Source of the DNA: Felis catus
Taxonomy: Eukaryota
Direction of reading: 5' to 3'
Assembly: GCF_018350175.1 (NCBI RefSeq)
Contig: NC_058368.1
Location: 32,242,001-32,306,000, forward strand
Length of the DNA stretch: 64,000 bases
The notes under the pieces were generated by a model that worked only from the letters and a program-made list of their open reading frames with translations, was not told the DNA's origin and did not search any database. The first letter of the stretch is position 1; the number at the start of each line of letters is the position of its first letter. Positions 51,301 through 63,950 of this stretch are shown piece after piece. A program made the translations under genes and the position numbers.

Positions 51301-53673
51301 CAATACCATAGGTATATATGTAAAATGTCCATATCAAGGAAGATAAAAAATGAACCAGAAAAGATGATAAAATATATATAATGGATTTTGGGAAATCAGG
51401 AAACATGAATGGTAGATGAACATATGAAAGTTGCTAAAATTCATTAGTGATTAGGGAAATGCAAAATTAAAATGTTATTATATATCATATCTATGTATTA
51501 TTTCATCCATCTATACTATAAGGGTATTCTATTTCATACCCACTAGAGCAGCCAAAATTCATTCTGACAAAACCAAATTTGTCTAGGATGAGGATCTTAT
51601 ATGCTAATAATGTAAGTTAGGGTTAGGATTAGAAAAAAAATTCCTTAGAAAATAAATTGACAATTCTAATAAACTTGCAGGTGAGCATCTTCTTTGACTC
51701 AAAAAAATCATGTCTAAGTTTATATTCCAGGGCAACTGAAGAGTAGATATACAAAAAAAATAAAAAATGTACTTATTATTATAATAAAAAACAAACTATT
51801 CTTTAGTACAGCAGGAAAATATGATCTTTCATTAACAATGTACCTATTTCTTTGATGAGAATGAGAATTATGTTTTATTCATTGAAAATTTGCAGTATCT
51901 ATGACACAAAAATGGATTTTTGAAACAGAGTGAGTATTCACGTAAATCTGAAGCTCTACGAAGCATTCCAAGCTAAAGAAATAAATCAAGTCTCTTGTTG
52001 TCACTATTGATAATTAAAAGCATAGATGTAGATATAATTACCTAAAGAGAAAGTTTAAAGCAAAAAGAAATCAGAAGTCAGGATTGGAATGTTCACGAAA
52101 GAGAAAAAGTGTTTTTGTAGAATCCACATTAAAATACTGAGGATAGTGCTCAACCATTAAGTCAAAAATATGGTTTTGAGTTTTAACAACAAGAAATTCA
52201 TCGATGATTATTTGAGCAGCAGTTTTCATGAAATGACGGATGGAAATAGCTAGGGGAAAGAGATAAAATAAAGCCAGTATGTATACATGTCATTTAAGAA
52301 CATGGAGTATGAAATGAAATAGAACACACAGGTAGCAGTATAAAAAACAGACACTTCTCCTGATGATGCCTTCAATTCCCTTGCTTAGTTCTGATTTCTT
52401 AGTACTCTCTTGGCTACATTAAAATTTTCTACCGACTGTGTGTCTGCTGTAGCATCTGAATGTCTAGATAAACACAGGCAGCTATGCTGACTTGTCTAAC
52501 TTTACATTTTTTAATCACTAGACCCAAGTGGACCCTTATGTCCCCTGGAATTCATGCTAGTCTCCCAGCCTTTTCACTCATCTATGTTTCATACAGAAGT
52601 ATCAAGAAATGTAAGTTCTTTACAAGGTACCTTTTTTTTTTTTCTTGCAGTCAAAATTAATAGTCTTCCTAAATACTAAGTAGAATGTTCAAAGTAGTGT
52701 AAATTGTTACATTTATTGCTTGGTATAGCAACATAGTGTGTGTTTGTCTCTTTCTCTCCTTTTATTCTCTGTCCTGTAAACACTAGTTGCCTGGATCCCT
52801 CCTGACAAATAGCTCCATTCATCCCTCTGGACTCTCTGCTTGATTCTGTGTGGTTCCTCATTCCTTGCATTGCAGCCTGGATCCTATGTAAGTAGGGCCC
52901 ACCTCCTTTGTTTTTAATACTTGAGAGGTCAGTGTCTCATTCCTTCATGTCCAGTCTCTTGCAAATCATTGTTGAATGTACTTTCTCTGTTTTGTGATTA
53001 CTACAAGTGGGAAAGTAGTTCAGTTTTTATTACTCCATCTTGTCCAGAAGTGAAAATGAAGGGAACATGGGTTTCTTGGCACAGAATTTTGCTGCCTATG
53101 AGAACAATATTGGTGAAATCACTAATACATTATTTAGAAGTGGGGAATAACCCACAGGACCATATGATAGATTTTAATCCCTAGTGAGGTAAAAACAAAC
53201 AAAATATTAATTCCCTGGACCTTCCTCTACAGGCTCTGGATTTCCTAGGGAGTTTCTGGCTAATAGATCAGTTATCAGTGGCAGGATTATTACCAGTGCC
53301 CTCAAGCAGTATGGGAAATACGTGCAAACTGTGCTCTATATTTAAAAAAGAGTTTCTTCAAATCATGAAGATTATAATGTGTTCTTCTTGTATGCCTATG
53401 ACATATATCACAATTCTTGTATCCCATCATTTTGTTATTGACAATACATGTTGCAGTGTGTGTAGGATGCTTTTGAAATTTTCTTATCTGGGAACCACTT
53501 TGACAAATTCTGAAAGTATCCAATATTAATGTTTTATCTGTTGATAGCTCAAAAGTAACTATGATTTTCACTGATTTTATGTAGCATATATTAAATAATA
53601 TGCATTAAATGTTAAAAATAAGACAAATTAACCAGAATCCTTAAGTAATCACAGGAGAAATTTATGTAAGTAG

Positions 53674-53674
<1 letters not shown>

Positions 53675-53709
<35 letters not shown>

Positions 53710-53712
53710 GTG
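53675..53712. repeat. (TG)n microsatellite
   Basis: Seen directly. Confidence 0.95.
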
Positions 53713-54269
53713 CATATATATGACCATATGAAATAAATCCTAAGAAAATCAGCTGTAGGGAATTATATTAATAAATCCACATTCTTGACTCTACCTAATG
53801 TGTAAAAGTCATGTATATTTTACATACAATGTACTTTTCAAAAATTATTGTTTTATGTAGAATGATGGCTTTGTCATTTTACAAATTCATAACATCAATG
53901 TTGAAATAGTTTTCTCTGAATATTAATAAATTAGAACAAAGTGAATATTTTAAAATAATGGTTAATGCAAAAAGGTGTATTTTTGAATAGCTTTGCTTTT
54001 TCTCATATTTAATAGGGGATTCAAGTAAATTGATCCAATATTTATTGAGAAATGGATATAAAATGGGATATAAAAGCTGATTTTAGCTAAAATGATAATG
54101 TGAAAGCTCTTCAGAATGATAAAAACAACATAAAACTGAATTCATGAATTTAGTTTTGTATTTGGGCTTGAACATTGGATGAGTGAGTTAGCATTTTGTA
54201 GTTCTGTTTTTTCTTTCTTTTTTCCTCTCTTTCTGCCTCCCTCTCTCTATTTATACTTCTTTTTTTTCT

Positions 54270-54322
54270 TTTCCTTCCTTCCTTCCTTCCTTCCTTCCTT
54301 CCTTCCTTCCCTCCTTCCTTCT
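54270..54322. repeat. (TTCC)n microsatellite
   Basis: Seen directly. Confidence 0.95.
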
Positions 54323-57102
54323 TTTTGAAATACTCTTTTAAATTGGTGAGATTGTATTTAACACAGCTTGCACAGTACTTATCTCTACTAGATGCTTTAT
54401 AAAAAAAAAATACCTTAATTCTCTTTTGAAATCCATTTATTATTTCTGGACTGTCATTAGTTTACAATCAAAATTTGTACTATTTATTTTGAATTAAGGA
54501 CAGAGTTGATTTCCACACTGGAAAAAATCAATAAATATGCAGGGTTTTAAAATTTTGTCTAATGAAACTTTTGCTCTTGGTTTAGGTTTTTTTTTTGTTT
54601 CTTTTTTTCTGATGAGCAGATTTCCATGTGTGAATGATTCTCAATTACCTCATCATTTCCAGCTATCTTCAGTAATGAATTTATTTTTTAATGTTATTTA
54701 ACTTTGCTCAGTTTGTTGAAATGATTACTGTACCTTGAATGGTATTTAGCATTTCCAAGTTCAATTTTTTTTCTTGAAAGCTTATTCTAAGAATTTTTTT
54801 TAAATATCCTGGTAAGGTAAATAATGCTTTGCAATCAGCTTAGCATAAAATGCCTTTGCTGCAAAAATAATTGATATAAATCAACATTATACATAAAATA
54901 TTATGAATTCCAAAAGCAGTGGTCTGCATTTTAGAGATTAAAACAAAACAAAACAAAAATAATGCATTCTACTTTTAAAGTGATAATCCTAATTTACACA
55001 AATGCTTTCCTTCTATAATACATAAATAAAATGTATTAGTATATGTTGTAATGGCTTGTAACAGTTATTTTAACATGTGGGAATGTATTTTTACCAAGTA
55101 AACCTCAAAATGTTTTAGATATTTTTACCAGTAGTAATGTAGTAGTATTATCACCATTATTTATTTCTTAGTCATCTTTATATTATGGTAAATAACAATA
55201 TTTTAAAGATCTTGGCATTTCATCATTACTTCAAAGAGTAATTTATATCAGAAAAGAAGATATAATTCACATAATACCTTTAACGACTTTTTATCAGAAC
55301 ATAATACTACTCCTTAACATTATTTCTGATATTGTAGGTATTAGAATAAGACTATGTGCTTTATTGTTAATAAGTAATATTATTAAATACTTTAACATTA
55401 TATGATTTTTCAAAAATATGTATTCATCAATGTGCCTAGGGAAATACTTCATCTAAATGTACCCTATTATAATGTTCTGTATTGGATTAGTAAGAGGAGA
55501 GAAACCCATGTCTTCTGTACAGAATTTTCATAGAGTCTTAAGCAACATAATAGGCTTTTGTTGTTTGTTTGTGTACTTTTTTTTCTAAATCCATATGTAA
55601 TAGATCTATTCCATGAATGCGAATTTTACTGAATATAATTTGTTCCTATTATTTTTAAATTTATAACTGTTCAGCCCATTATTAAAGCTAACATAATCAG
55701 AATTTAAGTACCATCAAATTCATGGAAGCTCTATCTTTACAATTTTTCTTACGTTTCATTTCATTTTGCTATAGACTTCACATAGTTTGCTTCAACAGTT
55801 AGTGTGTTCATCAGATAACCAAAATCATATTGGTCATTGGGAATTTTAAGGAAAATGCTAATTGCAATATCACCATGAAAAAATTACCTAGTCTTAATTT
55901 TGTCCTGAGATTGAGCACCTGACTGCAATCGCCTGGAAAGACTGTGAAATTTCTTTTCAGTGCAGACGTTCTTAAACTCATTCACTGAAACAGTTTCTAA
56001 GTCAGTTTCCAAAAGTACCTAGGTGAATTCAGTGAAAAGTTTCTTAAGGCACCTCAATTATTGCATGCAAAGATTTGAAAGTTACAGTGTTTTTCTCTCC
56101 CTAATACTGCTTTACTCATTTCCAGAAGGGGGATGCTTATATTTTCATTAGCATGAAAATGACCATGAAAATCATTTGTCTCACAAAGAGAAAAATTTTT
56201 AAAAATCCCACCAAAAAGTAGAGAATCAACCTGCAACAAAATTAATTGTAGTAACGGCATTTCTCTTTGCAAGTTATTCAGTTATTCACCTAAATATGAG
56301 CATTTGTGTTTTGATCCAATTCTCTGCAAAGTCTGTTGGAAAAAGGGGTAGGAAATTTTCTTCTTGTCCCTTAAGAGAAAGAGACACAGAATGAGAATGG
56401 TCTTTTGAAGATGAACCACTCACTTCTGACTCGTGTGACTTTTCGCTGTGGAGATGTGACACTTGCAGTAATCTGTGACCTGGATAATAGAGTTTCTAAC
56501 CCAGGGAAGATGCCAGAATGGATCATTTGTTGAGGTGTGGGTCTTTGGAGAGCATTATGAGCTTGATAAACAAGCCCTGGGGGCTTCTGCCTTGGATTCA
56601 TTATTAAATAACTATACATTGCCTTCTGTTTTAACTGGAATCTCAAACTGGGGTACTTGTACCCTACGGCAGGGAGGGGGAGTTGTTTGAAGACAATCCA
56701 AACAGTAAAAATGTATTTAGCAGGGCAGGTGGGGGAGGAGTGAAATCAATTACTAAATGCACTCCTTTTTTTAAACTGGTAAGTCTAAATATTCACTTTA
56801 GTTGGCATAATTCTAGTTTTGCATCTCATTTTATGATCGCTCTTCTACTCTAAAACAGAATGACAATATCAAAGAAGCATACAAATTCTTTTAGGAAAAA
56901 ATATAATGAAATTTCAGCTTTTGACAATGGCTGACTAAACTGTCATATCAATTAAATAATCTGGACTGTGTGTGTGTGTGTGTGTGTAAGATTGTGTCTG
57001 GTGTTTGAATGTTTGTTTCAATTGCAAGGTAGAAAGTCATATGATAATAATAACTACAAACTAGACTACCTACAAAATTATAGATTTTTAAAACTCATTA
57101 TT

Positions 57103-57322
57103 GGGGCGCCTGGGTGGCGCAGTCGGTTAAGCGTCCGACTTCAGCCAGGTCACGATCTCGCGGTCGGTGAGTTCGAGCCCCGCGTCGGGCTCTGGGCTGA
57201 TGGCTCAGAGCCTGGAGCCTGTTTCCGATTCTGTGTCTCCCTCTCTCTCTGCCCCTCCCCCATTCATGCTCTGTCTCTCTCTGTCCCAAAAATAAATAAA
57301 CGTTGGAAAAAAAAATTAAAAA
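57103..57322 (+). mobile_element. Young CanSINE (SINEC_Fc-type)
   Basis: CpG-intact body; TSD aaaactcattat. Confidence 0.96.
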
Positions 57323-57493
57323 AAAACTCATTATGGAATTGAGGGCTTAAGGAAACACATGTACTAAAATCCAAATAAGTAACAAACCCTCTTAACGTAG
57401 AAAGGGCCTATGTCAACTTTCATCTTTGCTAGAGCAGCAGGAAAAGGAAAGGCTGCAATAATCCTAGGGTAAGAAAAGAACAGCTGAACTTCT

Positions 57494-57719
57494 TTTTGGT
57501 TTTTTAAATATTTTTGATGTTTATTTTTGAAAGAGAGAGACAGAGTGCGAGTGGCGGAGGGGCAGAGAGAGAGAGGGAGACACAGAGTATGAAGCAGGCT
57601 CCAGGCTCCAAGCTGAGCTGTCAGCACAGAGCCTGACGTGGGGCTCCAACCTACAAAACTGTGAGATCATGACCTGAGCTGTAGTTGGATGCTTAACTGA
57701 CTGAGCCTCCCAGGTGCCC
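57494..57719 (-). mobile_element. CanSINE
   Basis: Typical body; TSD aagaa(c/t)agctgaacttct. Confidence 0.94.
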
Positions 57720-58189
57720 AAGAATAGCTGAACTTCTAATGATTTCTTAAAGTTTGAGCATATGCCAGTGTGATGACTTAGAATCACTTGCAGCCCCAGA
57801 GATAAGGGGAGTCTGTACTCACTTGTTAACTTTTCTATGCAGGCATCTACCAAACACTCGTGAAAAAAGATTAGGGACAGTAAAAGCTGAAAGATAGCCC
57901 TCACTTGAGGCCTGGAGAAGCCTGAGGATAGGTCATGAGTGCCTCTAGACTATCTATGCCTGTGGGAAGCACTGGTGATTTAGGAGAAAAATGTCCTGAA
58001 GCATAGGCACGGCCACAAGGGGCTGGGAGTTTATTATACCATCCATGCACTGGGGGGTCTTCACTGAATATGAGGCAAAAGCTACCAGTAGATGAGTGAG
58101 GTGAGGGATGTTGAGAAACAGCCATATTGCCAGGCTGCTCAGGCTGTAGGCAGGGCAGAAGTGAAGAAAACCTCTGGCTTTCTCAGATC

Positions 58190-59170
58190 AACTATGAACT
58201 GTTACCATCAAAGTCCATATTAAGAACAGTCATCATTGAAAAATAAATGTGACATAAAGACACTTTCAGACAGCTTAAATGCTGTGAGACCCATCCAGTT
58301 AACAAACATGTACCCACAGCATTTTCGAAGATGATTTTTGGACTGCAGGGAAATTGTACCAGAGAGACAACCAGAAAATATAATGCGTGAGTAAATATAA
58401 AAGGCTCTTTAATATTGAGATGTTAAATCTCTGTAAAAGACTATCAACTTTACAGAGTAAAAATAACAACAATGCAGTGTGGTTTCACAGCATATGTGGA
58501 AGGAGAATAGTTCACAACAAGAGTACAACGTATGTTGGGAATAATTGGAGGCGTATTTTTGTAAAATTCTTACATTATGTGTGAAGTAGCAGAATATTTT
58601 TAAAGATAGCTATGTTAAGCTTAAGAGGCATATTGCAATATGGAGAACACAGCAAACACCACACAATCAGGCCTAACTAAATCAATAGAGGAAAAATTGG
58701 AAATGAAGCAGATGCCTGATGCGTTGAAAAGAAGGAAGGAGATGAAAAACAAAGAAATAAAGAGTAAATGGGAAAAATAGAAAACAAACATCAGGAAGAT
58801 AGACTTAAACTCAAATGTTTCACCAAATATATTAAATGAAAGTATATTAAACACCCTAATCAAAAGGCAGAGACTGTTAAAAGGAACTATGGTATTTAAA
58901 ACATAATCTTTAAACCTAAGGACACAAACATGTAAGTAAAAAGATGACAAAATATATATCATGCAAACATGAGTGATTGGAAAATTGGTATGGTTATATC
59001 AATATTACACAAACTCTACTTCATGAAAAATAGTTTTTAGGAAGAGATAAGGACCTATTATGATATTAAAATGCTAAATTCCAGTGGAATGCACATACCA
59101 TATTCATTCAGATTGGTAATGTTTTCACAATTTTACCAAGAAAACTCAAATTTTGAGCTATATCCGGCTA
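58190..59170 (+). mobile_element. Old L1 fragments (ORF1-ORF2 junction and 5' ORF2)
   Basis: aaacaccctaatcaaaaggcagagactgt and aaaatatatatcatgcaaaca resemble L1 endonuclease-coding DNA. Confidence 0.6.
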
Positions 59171-59186
59171 TTTATTAAATCCACTT

Positions 59187-59400
59187 GGGGTGCCTAGGTG
59201 GCTCAGTCAGTTAAGCGTCCGACTTCAGCTCAGGGCATAATCTCCCGGTTTGTGAGCTCAAGCCCTACGTCAGGCTCTCTGCTGACAGCTCAGAGCCTGG
59301 AGCCTGCCTTGGATTCTGTGTTTCCCTCTCTCTTTGCCCCTCCCGTGCTCATGCTCTGTCTCTCTCTGTCTCTCAATAATAAATAAACATTAAAAAAAAA
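59187..59400 (+). mobile_element. CanSINE
   Basis: Typical body; TSD aaatccactt. Confidence 0.93.
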
Positions 59401-59452
59401 TCCACTTGGATATTCTCCTAAAACAAATAAGCAAACTTAATGTCTATTCTCA

Positions 59453-59665
59453 GGGTGCCTGGGTGGTTCAGTCGGTTAAGTGTTGGATTTCAGTTCAGGT
59501 CATGATCTCACAGATCCTAAGTTTGAGCCTCACATCAGGCTCTCTGCTGTCAGCATGGAGCCCCTTTAGATCCTCTGTCCCCCAGTCTCTCTGCCCTTCC
59601 CCACTCTGACTCTTTGAGAGAGTCTTCCTGTCTCTCTCAAAAATAAATAAACATTAAATGTTTAA
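59453..59665 (+). mobile_element. CanSINE
   Basis: Typical body; degenerate TSD ttaat....attctca. Confidence 0.9.
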
Positions 59666-60139
59666 ATTAATATTCATTCTCAGAGGTTAATAAAAATCTT
59701 CATCTTTAAGCCCCAGAAACTGCAGGCAATTTACACAAATGCCCCCCCACCCCGCTTCTTTTTTATGTATTTTCATAAATTTTAAGTTTTAACTGCAGGT
59801 AAGAGATGTTGTTACAGTATTTTCTATTTATTTACCTATTTCTGCCTTATTTTGTAACCCTTACTTTAATGTGTGTCATACTTCAGTGTGTAGTATAACC
59901 TGAGAATCTTGTTAGTAAGTAGTCTGAACGCCACCTCCTAAAATTCATTTTCATCAAGTTTGTGATGGAATTCAAAACTGGTATTTTTAAAAATTTCCCC
60001 TTGTGATTTTGAGGCATGTGAGCCAACAGATATATTTGGAGAAACACTATTCTAGTCTTTACTGTAAGGTTGTTTGCCAGACTGAGTTTCCTCCAGAATG
60101 TGGCCTCTTTCTTCATTTTTCATTATCATTCCACTAGAT

Positions 60140-61230
60140 TGTAGCTCCTGCGATCTATATAATAATTGCTATTCCGTTCCCCTGGCAGAAGGGGGCACTC
60201 TCTACCCCGCATCTGAGCCATAAAGTAGTGGTCAGAGGAGAACTGTAAAATTCTAGTAAGGAAACACAAGATCGGTGATCATATAAATTTATATTAATAT
60301 AAGTCGTGTAAAGATACAATTGTTACGCTTGAGAGTATTTCATGGTTATGTTGGAAACAGCATGATACGTCAAATTATGTGTCAGGTAAGAAGTGTACAA
60401 GGTATACGTGTCAGATAAGTGTGCGTGATATGTGTCAGATGAGAGGTACACAGATAGAAGTAAACAATGGGGATGCGAAGGGACCACCGTACCTTTTGAT
60501 AGAAGAGTATGATATAGAACAGGGACTTGGAGACGGCACGGTTTGTTTTCTTGGTAATGTTGTCATTGTTGTCATTTGTTAGAAGTTGAGGTGGCTTGTT
60601 GTGCTGATTGAACAATTGATTTGGGTGGATATGAAGGCACAACCTGTTTAAATTAATAAAGCAGCTGGAACACGGACCCAACGGACTCACGACATTTTGA
60701 AACATGTGAACAGTGCGTCTTTACCACCCTATTCTGGGTTGGTTTCAACAGCCAGCATCTGTGTGCCTTCTCTGAAACAAAATACGAAATGTTTGCTTTA
60801 TTTAGATATTTCAAAGTAAAGCGGATTTTAATCCTTTTAAACATATTATTACCTTAAATATATGACAGTAACGTTGACAATTCTTCCATTCTTCTCTTCC
60901 CACACTTCCAGGGATAGGCGAAGAACTCCGTAAGCAATGATTTGCTCAGGCCAGGCAAGGAGGGCGATAGGATTTATATAGTTCACGCAGCACGCGGCTT
61001 CGTGCCACGTTCCTTTCGAGCCTTGAGATGTTTGGAAGCAGTTTTGCTAACAGTGGGGACATCCACTGCACTCCAGGCAATCATCCAGGTTTAAGGCAGA
61101 TACAGTCTTTCTAACCCAAGGAGGATCAGCTGTATGCCCAACCTACTGTCCAAGAAAATCGCATTCGTTTTGATTAACTGATCTCCTAATTCCACTGTCC
61201 CTCACACTTCTTTATTATTACAGTACGTGG
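60140..61230. other. CpG-undepleted segment of unknown origin
   Basis: About 32 CpGs counted by hand in ~1.1 kb of only moderately GC-rich DNA, while flanking unique sequence has few per kb. No repeat family recognised. Confidence 0.7.
60972..61020 (-). promoter_or_regulatory. Candidate TATA-box promoter
   Basis: CTATATAAAT on the minus strand (60972-60981), directly downstream of a CpG cluster (gaacgtggcacgaagccgcgtgctgcgtgaa). Confidence 0.35.
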
Positions 61231-63319
61231 CTCACTTGCTGTTCACATCTCTACTATCCTATTGAAAGATACCCTAACACTTGTCTTTAGTTTTATATCT
61301 CTCATGAGTTTTTGACATTTTTCATGAAGAAGTCATATCAGAGAATAGATGACAGACAAAAAGGGAAACAGCATTTATAATTGACTAATAATTGTTGAAA
61401 TGCATGCCCCTTAAAGTGGAGATTTAAGGGCATCATAGAATGTTTGGGAAACAAATGAGCAGTTACTGGAGAGAAAATAAATGTACTCATGAAGTAGTAA
61501 CCAAGTCTATCACTGAGCAAGTGCATTTTATTTTTTATAAATGCACTGTTGGTTAGCAGAGAACACAAAAGGAACACTGGTATTAAAATGCAAATTAACG
61601 TCTGGCATAAAAATATTGATATTTCTCCAAATATTCCTCAAGGTGATTTTTGCCCATTCTAAGACTTACAGTTATTTGATGAAACTTTCAAAATTACTTA
61701 TTAAAAGTAATGTTAATACTTAAAAGTAATTTTCCCAGCAAAACAAATATTAAAAAGATAGAATACAGTGATGATTTTTCTAATTTAGCATTTTGTCATT
61801 TGAGAAGTAAGACTATGTTTCCCGATTATATGCTCTCTGTAGAGAAATGTTAATAAATGGATGTGTAAATTACTTTTACTTATCTCAACTTTTAAATATA
61901 AAACATAAGAATTATAAAATGATACAATGGACAGGCTAAAAATACAACATTCAGGTATTATACATAGTAGATGCTAAATAGTTCATTTGTGTATTTCTGA
62001 TGCTGCAACTTTCATGTAAATAAATGGTAGCTCCCAAATGGAATATGTAATATTAGGCACATAAGTCATATATATTCTCACACAATTAAAATTAGTCAGT
62101 ATGCATCACTTGTTAAGTGGGTTAAAACAAAAATGAGACTTCATGTGCAGTGAAAAAAGTATACTGGTTAAATAAATTTTACAATAATAAGTAATAATAT
62201 GCTGCTAAATTTATTTTTGCATGTATAATGGCTTTTTTAAATATCTCATACCAAATGATAAAACATCCTTCATGAAATTGTACATTTCTGTGAGAAGAAT
62301 TTATAAGACAAAAGTGACTGGGGAAAGATCTAGATATGACAATTATATCATGGTAGCAAACTATTACCGGGTTATTGTCTATGTAACGAATGCTGCTTTC
62401 ATTTCCATTGTTGAGGACTACTATTAATTCACACAATGTGTCTTGTCCTTAGGAAGGCAGAAATTGCAAGGAATGGAGCAGTTGCCACTTGCTAGAGTTT
62501 CCCCACTTGATGAGACGTAGAAAGGCTTTTTCTTGGAAGTAGAGAGTTGGTGGAGGATGATGCAATTGTTATATGGAGGCTATAAGAAAAATTGATTCAT
62601 TTGTACCAGTTCTAACTTTAATTATTCCACTTAACACATAAGAATATATCCTATTTCAGTGTTCTGCCGCTGTGACATTCTCACATTACAAGAAAATAAA
62701 TTTGAACAGAATTCTTGCTTCTTCATTTTTTATATTAAAACAAGGAAGCCTCATTCTGCTATTTTGACCCTTCCAAGATTTCTTGTAGATAACGGAAAGG
62801 GTCGCGAGAGAGCTAGATTCTCAGTAAGAAAGGTTTAATGAATGTTGCAGAGGGGTAATTTGCATGGAAATGACATTTTTTGAAGTCTGAGGAATGTAAC
62901 AAAAAGAGAAAAGGAAACAACCTATCTTCAGCCTGATGACAATGTTTATAATGAGTCTGAAAAACAGTAGAAATTTAGCCAGCTTCTGTAGTATTATAAT
63001 CTGATTTTGATTTCTATGGGAGCTTTTTAAGTAGGTAGGGATATGACTAAAGAAATTATATTTGAAACTCTTCAATTAAACTAAGGACTGATAGAAAATA
63101 GTTCATTTATGCTCTGTTAACTGCGTATATGATCATCAATAATGATGCAAACCTGTTGATACTTTCATATTTTATTCTCAAATTGAGAGCAGTAAATTTA
63201 ATATTAGTTCAGATAATTCTGTCACATACTCTCACTCTGTATGCATATAGATGTAAAAATGTAACTATTTTGTATGAATATACAAATATGCAGGTAGATA
63301 GATACAATGTTTCACTTTA

Positions 63320-63535
63320 GATTTTTTTTTTTCAATGTTTATTTATTTTTGGGACAGAGAGAGACAGAGCATGAACGGGGGAGAGGCAGAAAGAGAGGGA
63401 GACACAGAATCGGAAACAGGCCCCAGGCTCTGAGCCATCAGCCCAGAGCCCGACGCGGGGCTCAAACTCACGGACCGCGAGATTGTGACCTGGCTGAAGC
63501 CGGACGCTTAACCGACTGCGCCACCCAGGCGCCCC
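63320..63535 (-). mobile_element. Young CanSINE (SINEC_Fc-type)
   Basis: CpG-intact body; perfect TSD tacaatgtttcacttta. Confidence 0.96.
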
Positions 63536-63914
63536 TACAATGTTTCACTTTAAAAAGAGTAGTGTTGACAAACTGGAAAAGCTGCTTGGAAGAAAATACG
63601 GAGTATCTCAAGCATTTCCAAAAGTTAATATTTATCATCTTGGCATACATTCCAGAATGTTATTAATAAGTATTAGTTGGGAATAAGAAACCTGTGATGT
63701 GCTGAATTTATAAATAATTGTTTGTCTTAGGTCAACAAGGGATTTTCCTATATTTCCTAACTTTAACACCAATGTTTTTGTCTCACTGTTGATTTGTTTT
63801 TCAACCATTATGTAATATAATGGGTAAACTGAGGATATTAGTTTGTGTAACAAATTAAAAGTTCTCAGTTAATATAAATGGATACTTTGAATCTTCTTTA
63901 GCTACTACATTATT

Positions 63915-63950
63915 TAGATATAGATAGAAGATAGATAGATAGATATAGAT
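63915..63950. repeat. (TAGA)n repeat
   Basis: Seen directly. Confidence 0.9.

Noticed and set aside
60378..60445. CRISPR-like repeat-spacer array
   Set aside because: The repeats are only 12 bp with three copies, there are no cas genes, and the context is mammalian.
60844..60852. TATTATTAC, a CRESS-virus-like nonanucleotide in the CpG island
   Set aside because: Only a 5-bp AT stem flanks it, and I found no Rep motifs in the frames I read; expected by chance in AT-rich DNA.
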